Of a stretch of 64,000 bases of DNA, positions 1 to 7,315 are shown one piece after another (position 1 is the stretch's first letter; every line of letters begins with the position of its first letter). The stretch is from Fibrobacteria bacterium (GTDB taxonomy: Bacteria > Fibrobacterota > Fibrobacteria > UBA11236). The stretch is from NCBI GenBank assembly GCA_050486505.1, contig JBJHDK010000001.1:12674-76673 (forward strand), given 5' to 3'. The notes below the pieces were generated by a model. The model was not told the origin of the DNA. It saw nothing but the letters and a program-made list of their open reading frames with translations, and searched no databases. The position numbers and the translations under genes were made by a program.

Positions 1-1994
1 ATCCGGCTGTAGAGGCCCCCTGAAACGACCCTTGGCGCCGGAGAACGAAAGACCAGGCCCAGGTCGGCCCACAGGGTGCGGCCCTGCTCTTCCGCTTTCC
101 TTCCCATCAGGTTGCCGCCGAAGAACACGAACGGGGGGCCTTTGTAGAACCAGTACGAGTAGGGGATGGTCCCGTAGGTGAAATTGGGAGAGTAGAGGCC
201 GATGCGACCGGTTCCGAAGTCGGCCGTTGCCGTCCACGCGGTGTATTCGCCGTGAACCCGGGTTTCGAGCATCCAGTGCGCTCCGGTCGGCTCCGGATCG
301 GCAAGGAACGTCACCCATTGCTCCGTGCTCTTGCCACCGGCGTCGAAGGCCATGATGCGGGCGGGATAGATTCCCGGATGGTCGGGCTCGAAGGACAGGC
401 GCGTTCCATCCCAGTGCAGGGGGCTTTCTTCGGGGAGGTCGAGGCGGAACGTGACGGGTTCTCCCTCGGGGTCCAGTGCGATGGGGCGATAACGTCGGGG
501 GTTCCCTCCGACCACGGTCTTCCACTCGGCAAGTTCCGAAACGAACTCCGGTGGCAAGTCTTCCTTGACGGGGATTTCGACGCTCTGTGTCAGGGAGATC
601 CCCTGGGCTTCGAAGCGAAACTCGAGAGGGTGGGATCCGTGGGCCATGGGACGGATCCGCAAGGTGTCCCCGACGAGCCGCGTGCTGTCGGGGCCGGTGA
701 TGTTGAGCAGTTGGATGCCCTGCCCCTTCCAGGCCGCGACCAAGGTTCCCATGCGCCACACATACGCCCGGCCCTGCATCAAGGTATCCCAGGGAAGCTC
801 GATGCGAACCTCCTCGGAAAGCAGCGCGTGTTCGCGGGCCACCACTTGCAGGGTGTAGCCGAAGCTTTGGCGCGCCCCCAGCGGGTCGGTGACGGACAGT
901 GCGAAGGATTGCCGGGTGCCCGCCTGATCCGGCGCGGGCGTCCACCGCAGCAGGAGGCTGTCGGGGTTGAAGGTCATTCCCCGGGCCAGCGAATCGGCTT
1001 CCACGCGCAGCATGTGCCCTGGGTGATCCGGGTCTGCGGGGACGGGACGAAAGACCCATTCGCGTTCCGCAACCACGGAAGGGGGAGGATCTCCCGCGAT
1101 GACGGGGGGCTGGTTGGAGCGGAAGCGCAACACGAAGTGGAGGGTATCCTTCACGCCCGCGCGGTTGCGCACCTCGGCGATGAGCGGCCAGCGCCCGGCG
1201 GCCTGCGGGCGGCCGCTCAACGTGTGGGTGGCCGCGTTCCAGGTGACCCCCGGCGGCATGAGGTCCCCGTAGAGCCGGTACTGCAGGGTATCGGAGGGCT
1301 CGGTGGGATCCACGGCCCACACCTGGAACGAGAACGGCTGGTTCAGAAAATGGGAGACGGTGTCCGGGGGGACGGAGATGAAGCGCGGCTGCCCGGAAGG
1401 AGCCACGGGACGCACGTCGAAAAAGCGCAACTGGTCGAGCAGTTCGGGCGGGGCGAGCATCGTCAGGTTGCCGTCGCGGAAGACGAAGGTGAGCTGGCTG
1501 GCGGCGGGCGAACCCCCGAAGTTTTCCTCGAGGACGCGCAGCATTTGCGCGCCGAGTTCGAACGCCTTGCGCTGGCGGCCGTTCACGAGCTTCGAGCGCT
1601 CGTCCCAGGACGCGTAGCTGGCCCGGCCCTGCACGCGCACCACCGGTGCCGCGCGCAGGTTCTCGAGCGCTCCCTCCGCCTGCAGCGTCGCCCAGACGTC
1701 GCCGTCGATGAGCACGGCCTTGTCGGCGAAGCGGATGATATCGTTCTGCCCCAGCCCGGTGTTCAGGTCGTGGACGAGAAAAACCGGTTGCCCGCGGGCC
1801 TTGAAGCGGCCGGCAAGGCGCTCCCCGATGCGCGTGTCGCCCAAGGTGACGATGCCGTAATGGTTGAGCGCCTCCTCGCCGTTGCGCGCATGCGCGGCGT
1901 CTGTCGCGAAAAGAGCGGCCAAGCACAGGGCGAGCGGGGTTCGCATGGCCGCAAGGAAGGCAACGAACCCCCTGGCGGAGGCGTGGACAGGCAT
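1..1994 (-). CDS. Secreted protein with repeated Ig-like (cadherin/He_PIG-type) modules and a beta-strand-rich C-terminal part; partial, 3' end runs off the left edge
   Basis: Hand translation of the minus strand from ATG (complement of 1992-1994) stays open to base 1. It is absent from the ORF track because it has no stop in the window. N-terminus MPVHASARGFVAFLAAMRTPLALCLAALFATDAAHA looks like a signal peptide. Repeated segments (FSFQVWAVDPTEPSDTLQY, FALSVTDPLGARQSF, YRPIALDPEGEPVTF) resemble bacterial Ig/cadherin-like domains. The tail is rich in alternating aromatics (YSPNFTYGTIPYSYWFY). The start overlaps the upstream stop (TGATG). Confidence 0.6.
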   Translation of the reverse strand, partial: MPVHASARGFVAFLAAMRTPLALCLAALFATDAAHARNGEEALNHYGIVTLGDTRIGERLAGRFKARGQPVFLVHDLNTGLGQNDIIRFADKAVLIDGDVWATLQAEGALENLRAAPVVRVQGRASYASWDERSKLVNGRQRKAFELGAQMLRVLEENFGGSPAASQLTFVFRDGNLTMLAPPELLDQLRFFDVRPVAPSGQPRFISVPPDTVSHFLNQPFSFQVWAVDPTEPSDTLQYRLYGDLMPPGVTWNAATHTLSGRPQAAGRWPLIAEVRNRAGVKDTLHFVLRFRSNQPPVIAGDPPPSVVAEREWVFRPVPADPDHPGHMLRVEADSLARGMTFNPDSLLLRWTPAPDQAGTRQSFALSVTDPLGARQSFGYTLQVVAREHALLSEEVRIELPWDTLMQGRAYVWRMGTLVAAWKGQGIQLLNITGPDSTRLVGDTLRIRPMAHGSHPLEFRFEAQGISLTQSVEIPVKEDLPPEFVSELAEWKTVVGGNPRRYRPIALDPEGEPVTFRLDLPEESPLHWDGTRLSFEPDHPGIYPARIMAFDAGGKSTEQWVTFLADPEPTGAHWMLETRVHGEYTAWTATADFGTGRIGLYSPNFTYGTIPYSYWFYKGPPFVFFGGNLMGRKAEEQGRTLWADLGLVFRSPAPRVVSGGLYSR

Positions 1995-2539
1995 CAGTAC
2001 CCTCGCTCCCTCTTCGTCCATGCCCGGAACTCGCGTTCCAGTTCGACGGAGGTCGGGTGCGCGCCGTAGTCCACCGTGTCGCCGCCCACGAACCACTCGT
2101 TTTCGCGCTCGCTCCACAGTAGCGTGCCCCTTCGGAAGGTGCGCACGGCACCGGCCTGCTGCACGCGCAAGGCGACGAAATTTCCTCCCGCGGGGGTGTG
2201 GCGGACAACGATCAGGTTGTCGCCGTCGTGAGCGGCCGCCTCGATCCAGACGCGGTCGTCGGCTTGCGTCAGGGTGGCGCGCACGTCGCGCAATCCGAAT
2301 GCCACCCGGTAGGGGAGCACCTCCTCGTTTTCGTCGGCGTTGTCCAGGACGTGAGCCGCCTGGCGTTTCCAGTACTGGTCGACGGCGGCGCTCTCGGTCT
2401 TGATCCTGTCGAGGCTGACGACGGGAACGAGAAAGACCACGCGCAGCAGCAGCAGCACGGTGATGACCGTGAGCACCTCCTCGAAGGAGATGCCGTCGCC
2501 CATTGCGGCGAAGCCGCTGCGTGCGCGCCTTCGACGCAT
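1994..2539 (-). CDS. ExbD/TolR-like single-pass membrane protein (architecture-based call)
   Basis: ORF track 181 aa. It has one N-terminal TM helix preceded by acidic residues (GISFEEVLTVITVLLLLRVVFLVPV), like the ExbD/TolR anchor with its key acidic residue. Its start overlaps the stop of the MotA/ExbB-like gene by 1 nt. The periplasmic part shows no motif I recognise. Confidence 0.4.
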   Translation of the reverse strand: MRRRRARSGFAAMGDGISFEEVLTVITVLLLLRVVFLVPVVSLDRIKTESAAVDQYWKRQAAHVLDNADENEEVLPYRVAFGLRDVRATLTQADDRVWIEAAAHDGDNLIVVRHTPAGGNFVALRVQQAGAVRTFRRGTLLWSERENEWFVGGDTVDYGAHPTSVELEREFRAWTKRERGY

Positions 2540-3663
2540 CAGGCCCCCCCGCGGGGCGGCTTGCCGGAGCCGGTGGCGTCGCCGTCACCGCCCTCCTCGG
2601 TCGGGGGTTTCTCAAGTCGGGCGCGGAACATGCGTTCGTAGTCGGAAAGCTCCGCCATGTGCCGGTTCACCAGCGACTGGACGCGGTCGACCTGGTCGAG
2701 TTGCGACGAGGCGATGCGCATGGCTTCCGCGATGTCGCCCAGCTGTTTTTGCGGAGGCGCGACGTTCCCCGCGAATCCGCCGCTGCCGCTTCCACCGCCG
2801 TATCCGTCGCCGTACCCGTAGCCACCCCCGCCTCCACCCCCGTGCATCGCGGGAGACCGGCGCGAGATGGCGGGCTGCAGCGTGAGCGCGTTCCAGTCGT
2901 TGACGTGCGAGTGAACCAGTTCGAAATCGAGCAGGGTGCGCTCGATCATCTGCAGCGTCAGAAACTCCACGAGCACCGAGATGCCCATCGCAACGAGGGT
3001 GCTGAGGATGGCGTACTGGTCGGCATCGATCACGAGGGCGATGTCCTGCACGAAGCGCAGCTCGCCATCGGCTTCGGAGAGGCCGAGCACGGCGCGTTTC
3101 ATGGGCGGGAAGGTCAGGATGATGCCGATGAGCGTTCCCAGGAAGCCGAGCTTCAGCGTGGTGCGGTTGATCAGCATGTGCAGCGAAAGCATGCGGTTGT
3201 CTTCCACCGCCTGTTGCTCCAGCGCGTTCTCGAGCAGGGTCTGGTGCCCCTCCCGCACCCCGCGCCGGGCCAGGTCGAGCCAGCGCAGCATCAGGTCGCG
3301 GAGGGGCCCGGCAGGCACCTGTTTCAGGGCCTCGCCCAACGCTTCGGGGTCGGGGTCATCGCCCGCGGCGGCCAGGGTCGCGAGCGTTGCGTCGGCACTG
3401 GCCAGCACGGGACGCATGCGCGCGAATTGCACAAGGGCCGTGATTTGCCCGGCGGCGAACACGAGGAAGATCAGGCCCAGGAAGAGGCTCAGGAAGGCGT
3501 TCTGGAAAAGCAGGATGTTGGCGACGAGCATTGCCCCGCCCACGACCAGCATGACCGGCACGGGCAGGATGATGCCGAGGAGCATCTTGGTGCGGATGCG
3601 CCTGAGCGCGCGCCGCGCGTTCTCGACCGGGGGGGAAAGCAGGGAAGGGGAGGTTTTGCTCAT
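2539..3663 (-). CDS. MotA/TolQ/ExbB-family proton-channel protein with extra N-terminal TM helices and a Gly/Tyr-rich plus coiled-coil C-terminal tail
   Basis: ORF track 374 aa. LKLGFLGTLIGIILTF and QYAILSTLVAMGISVLVEF match the conserved TM2/TM3 signature of the MotA/ExbB family. Tail reads HGGGGGGGYGYGDGYGGGSGSGGFAG followed by a heptad-like region (QLGDIAEAMRIASSQLDQVDRVQSLVNRHMAEL). There is an ATGA overlap with the upstream gene. Confidence 0.7.
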   Translation of the reverse strand: MSKTSPSLLSPPVENARRALRRIRTKMLLGIILPVPVMLVVGGAMLVANILLFQNAFLSLFLGLIFLVFAAGQITALVQFARMRPVLASADATLATLAAAGDDPDPEALGEALKQVPAGPLRDLMLRWLDLARRGVREGHQTLLENALEQQAVEDNRMLSLHMLINRTTLKLGFLGTLIGIILTFPPMKRAVLGLSEADGELRFVQDIALVIDADQYAILSTLVAMGISVLVEFLTLQMIERTLLDFELVHSHVNDWNALTLQPAISRRSPAMHGGGGGGGYGYGDGYGGGSGSGGFAGNVAPPQKQLGDIAEAMRIASSQLDQVDRVQSLVNRHMAELSDYERMFRARLEKPPTEEGGDGDATGSGKPPRGGA

Positions 3664-4964
3664 CGGAATGTTTCTCCGGGGCGCAGGAACGGGCTGTCCA
3701 GCCTGAGACTGGCGCCCGCGCCGAGGTGGAAGGTCTGCGGATCGCGGTACGCCGCATCAAGACGGAGGAAGAAAAAACGCATGGAGGTGTGGCCGAGCCA
3801 CGGGCCGAACCCCAGGCGCAGGGGGAGAAGGTCGAGCCGCAGCCGGGTGTGCGCCGTGCCGCGCGTGGCCACGAAACCGAACCCCCACTCTCCGAAGGGG
3901 GCCGACAGTCCATCGAAGAACAGCTCATGAATGGGAGCGCGATAGACGTCGCGGTCGAAGTGTGCGGAATAATGGATGGCCCCCATTTTGACGTGGATGG
4001 CGTGGGCGACGTTTCCCCTCTCGGGCTGGCGGTCCCCGCCTTCGCGCCAGTTGCGCATGACCACGCCGTCGCGGTACTCGACGGTATCGGAAACAAGGGG
4101 ATCTCCCGCGATTTCGCGCCCCAGCTTGTAGCTGCCGGCGCCCGCCTCGTGGTCGAGCCAGTAGTAGCGCGCATAGGGACGGCCGGCCTGGGAAATTTCC
4201 CACTTCACGCCGGGGACTCCCAAGGCGATGTGCCACCAATAGTGGCGCTTGTCCCAGCCGTTCCAGCCGGTTGCGGTGTCGAAGGGGTTGTAGAGGTTCC
4301 GGTGCAGGCCGCCGCCGTGCCGGCTCATGTGCCCGCCGCCTTCGAGATGCAGCCAGGGTTCCGGATGCATCGTCAGCACAGCGCTGCGGTGGTAGTCCAC
4401 GGCAGCGCTGGCATTCTTGAAGACCGACGTGGCGATGCGCGTTTCCAGATCGAGGCCCGTCTTCCACTGGAACGGTTCGAGCGGGGCGTTCGGGTTCCAG
4501 AAGTTGCGCCATAACCGGGCGCCGATGCTGCGCGTCATGGTGCCCGATCCCGAGGCCGCGCCCCGGCGGATCCTGATCCCCAGTTCCGTGAGGTCTGCCC
4601 CATGCAGGTTGCCGACCTGGGTGCCCTCGCGGAGCAAAATCATGTTGCGCTGCCCGTCCCCGTACATCAGCAACTGGTAGCGGCCGACCTCCGGCTCGCC
4701 TTCGAGCCCGGCCAGCATCCAAAGCTCCTGCGTGACCTCGGGGTCGTCGATCTCGTAGAGTTCGAATCCGGATTGGGCGGGCAGGCCGGGCACGGAATCA
4801 TCCGGGGAGGGAACCGGGGGGGGCTCGCGAAGGAAATCCTCCGTCAGGGATCCGTTTCCCGTCGCCATGTCGTTCAGGGGGGCGGCTGGGGTTTCTTCGC
4901 CCCACACCCCGGGAACAGATGCGACGCAGCAAAGCAGCATCGTCGCGGCAGGCAACAGACGCAT
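3660..4964 (-). CDS. Secreted, probably outer-membrane beta-barrel-like protein of unknown family
   Basis: ORF track ORF is 3660..5048. I prefer the internal Met at 4964 because MRLLPAATMLLCCVASVPGVWG is a good signal peptide. The protein is Trp/Tyr/Gly-rich, and its C-terminal third has an alternating hydrophobic pattern (FGFVATRGTAHTRLRLDLLPLRLGF, FFFLRLDAAY). Confidence 0.5.
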   Translation of the reverse strand: MRLLPAATMLLCCVASVPGVWGEETPAAPLNDMATGNGSLTEDFLREPPPVPSPDDSVPGLPAQSGFELYEIDDPEVTQELWMLAGLEGEPEVGRYQLLMYGDGQRNMILLREGTQVGNLHGADLTELGIRIRRGAASGSGTMTRSIGARLWRNFWNPNAPLEPFQWKTGLDLETRIATSVFKNASAAVDYHRSAVLTMHPEPWLHLEGGGHMSRHGGGLHRNLYNPFDTATGWNGWDKRHYWWHIALGVPGVKWEISQAGRPYARYYWLDHEAGAGSYKLGREIAGDPLVSDTVEYRDGVVMRNWREGGDRQPERGNVAHAIHVKMGAIHYSAHFDRDVYRAPIHELFFDGLSAPFGEWGFGFVATRGTAHTRLRLDLLPLRLGFGPWLGHTSMRFFFLRLDAAYRDPQTFHLGAGASLRLDSPFLRPGETFR

Positions 4965-5201
4965 GCGTTGCAAGGCGCGCGGGGCGTCCTGATGGGAAAA
5001 AATCACTGTTCTGCCGGTTTCTTGTGCGTTCATCCCACGCCCGTTCACATGCCCGGAAGGTGGTGAAGACGGAACGCGAAAAAGTTCGCCTAATATACGG
5101 CCAACACGTTGATTTTACTGGATGAATCTCCGGCTCTTGCCCTGAAACGGTGTTTTTCGGCTTTGCTACCATTGCCCCCGTTGCCAGAAAAAGGAGTGAA
5201 A

Positions 5202-6191
5202 ATGACCCAAGGTCCCGTGACCGTGGGGGCGGGTGCCGCCCTGATGGACTTGCTGTTGGAAGAGAAGGATGAATATCTCGGGCGCCTGGGCGCAGAAAAG
5301 GGGGGAATGACCCTCGTTGAAGCACCCGCGATCCAGAACGCCCTCAAAAATGCGACAGGCAGCATCAAGTCGGCCCCCGGCGGATCGGCCTCGAATACGT
5401 TGGTTGGCCTCGGTAATCTCGGTGCCCGCGCCCGCATGATCGGACGCGTCGGGAAGGACGAACTCGGGCAACAGTTTCGCGCGGGCCTGCGCAATGCCGG
5501 TGTCGAGGAGCGGCTGCGCGAGGCGGATGACGCATCCACCGGGCACGTTCTCTCCGTCGTGACGCCCGATGCCCAGCGCACCATGTTCACCTATTTGGGG
5601 GCTTCTTCGGGCCTGGGGCCGCAAGATCTCGATGACTCGGATTTCTCGGACGCCAACATGCTCCACCTCGAGGGGTACCTGTTGTTCAATCGTCCCTTGG
5701 TCGATCGTTTGCTGGAACTCGCGCGCAAGCATCACGCCAAGATCGCTCTCGATCTCGGATCCTTTCAGGTCGTGCAGGCCATGCGTGAATATCTCGACGA
5801 GCTGTTCGCGAAGGGCCACATCGACGTGTTGCTGGCCAACGAGGACGAGGCGCGTGCGTACACGGGGCTTGGCGAGTCGGAGTCGCTCGCGCAATTCGCC
5901 GACAAGGTCGAAACCGCTGTCGTCAAGCGCGGAAAGCACGGCGCCCTGATCGCCCGTGATGGCCATAACCTCGACATCCTTGCCCACCCCGTGAAGGCGG
6001 TCGATACCACCGGCGCGGGCGACCTGTGGGCTTCGGGCTTCCTGTACGGCCTCAATCATGGCCTCTCGCTCGAGAGTTCCGCCAGCCTCGGGGCGAAAAT
6101 CGGTTCCGAGGTGGTGCAGGTTCTTGGCGCCGTCATTCCTCCCGAAGGCTGGGGCAGGGTGAGGGAGTACAGGGAGAAGATGGGGAAGTGA
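5202..6191 (+). CDS. PfkB-family carbohydrate/adenosine kinase
   Basis: ATG at 5202 follows AAGGAG (5191-5196). Motifs GGSASNT and DTTGAGDLWASGF (PfkB signature 2). The longer ORF-track start at 5109 has no RBS. Confidence 0.8.
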   Translation: MTQGPVTVGAGAALMDLLLEEKDEYLGRLGAEKGGMTLVEAPAIQNALKNATGSIKSAPGGSASNTLVGLGNLGARARMIGRVGKDELGQQFRAGLRNAGVEERLREADDASTGHVLSVVTPDAQRTMFTYLGASSGLGPQDLDDSDFSDANMLHLEGYLLFNRPLVDRLLELARKHHAKIALDLGSFQVVQAMREYLDELFAKGHIDVLLANEDEARAYTGLGESESLAQFADKVETAVVKRGKHGALIARDGHNLDILAHPVKAVDTTGAGDLWASGFLYGLNHGLSLESSASLGAKIGSEVVQVLGAVIPPEGWGRVREYREKMGK

Positions 6192-6285
6192 GCAGTGAAC
6201 AGTGAGCAGTGAGCAGTGAGCAGTACGGCAATAGGAAAGAGTGAGGTTACGTCGGAGCGTTCCGCTCTATTGTTGTACTGCTGCC
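6188..6285. repeat. Heptad-array hairpin element (GTGAGCA type) between convergent genes
   Basis: Five tandem heptads gtgagca/gtgaaca at 6188-6222, then gtacggcaatag. The right arm ctattgttgtactgctgcc (6267-6285) is an imperfect reverse complement. The stop of the kinase gene lies in the first heptad. Confidence 0.7.
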
Positions 6286-6288
6286 CCG

Positions 6289-7272
6289 CTAATCATCCCC
6301 CTTCGCCGCCGCCTTGCGCAGCCGGTCGTTGACCGCGAGGCCCAGTCCCTCATCGGGAAGCAGCGCGGCACGAATCACGCGCAGGCCCGCCGTGTCAAGC
6401 CGATGCAGGGCCGCGAAGAGATTCGTCGCCGCCTCGCGCGCGTCTCCGGCGGGTGAAAGGTTCTCCGCGCGGGCAAACCCTTCGGGCATTCCGCTGCCGA
6501 ACCACACCAGTCCCTCACCGCGGCGGTCTTCGGGGGTCATGGTCATGGTTTCCTCCAGCAGGCGCAGCGGCGTGCGCGGGGCATAGTGCCAGGGAAGCGC
6601 CCCGGGGGAAACCTGCGGCGCGTCGGCAGCGGATTCCGCGGGACGACCGGGGCGCTTCCCCAGAACCTTTGCGAGCGCCTCCACCGGGACCCCTCCGGCG
6701 CGCAACAGGACGGGTTCCCCCCCTTCCCATCCCACCACGGTTGATTCCACACCCACAGCGCAGGGACCGCCGTCGAGCACGCAATCGATTCCTTCCGCGA
6801 AGGCGCGCGCCACGTGTTCCGCGCGCGTGGGGCTGAGAGCGCCGAAGGGATTGGCGCTGGGTGCGGCGAGGGGAATGTCGGCTTCGCGCAGCAAGGCCTG
6901 CGCGAGTGGGTGCGCAGGCACGCGCACGGCGACCGACGGCAATCCCGACGTCGCGAGATCGGGAACATTCGGGGCCTTGGGAAGTACGAGCGTCAGGGGG
7001 CCGGGCCAGAAGTCGCGCATGAGGAGCACGGCGTCGGGAGGAACCGTTTCCCAGAGCGCGCGGGCCCGCGTTTCGTCGGCGACGTGGAGGATCAACGGGT
7101 CGAAAAAAGGGCGGCGCTTCACCTCGAAAATGCGGGCCAGCGCGATCGGGTCGAGGGCGTGCCCGGCCAGTCCGTACACGGTTTCGGTGGGCATGCCGAC
7201 CAAGCGGCCTTGTCGCAGTGCATCCGCGGCGCGGCGCAGGGCTTCGTGAGTCGGTTCGAGCACGGGAATCAT
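6289..7272 (-). CDS. tsaC: L-threonylcarbamoyladenylate synthase, long Sua5/YwlC form
   Basis: MIPVLEP start at 7272, chosen so it does not overlap the kinase gene ending at 7316. Motifs PTETVYGLA, APSANPFG and a C-terminal Sua5 domain. Confidence 0.85.
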   Translation of the reverse strand: MIPVLEPTHEALRRAADALRQGRLVGMPTETVYGLAGHALDPIALARIFEVKRRPFFDPLILHVADETRARALWETVPPDAVLLMRDFWPGPLTLVLPKAPNVPDLATSGLPSVAVRVPAHPLAQALLREADIPLAAPSANPFGALSPTRAEHVARAFAEGIDCVLDGGPCAVGVESTVVGWEGGEPVLLRAGGVPVEALAKVLGKRPGRPAESAADAPQVSPGALPWHYAPRTPLRLLEETMTMTPEDRRGEGLVWFGSGMPEGFARAENLSPAGDAREAATNLFAALHRLDTAGLRVIRAALLPDEGLGLAVNDRLRKAAAKGDD

Positions 7273-7315
7273 GGCCGTGGAAAGGTAGCAGGGCGGGCCC
7301 GCGGCCGGTACAGCG

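Noticed and set aside
252-2069. 605-aa + strand ORF covering the left end
   Set aside because: Its composition (Gly/Arg/His/Glu/Val-rich, no motifs) is typical of an antisense shadow in high-GC DNA. The minus strand encodes a convincing signal-peptide/Ig-repeat protein that is open to the window edge.
5049-5110. Sigma-54 promoter for the MotA/ExbB-like operon (minus-strand TTGGCCGTATATTAGGCG)
   Set aside because: The GG-to-GC spacing is off by one nucleotide, which sigma-54 promoters do not tolerate. The promoter of this operon remains unidentified.
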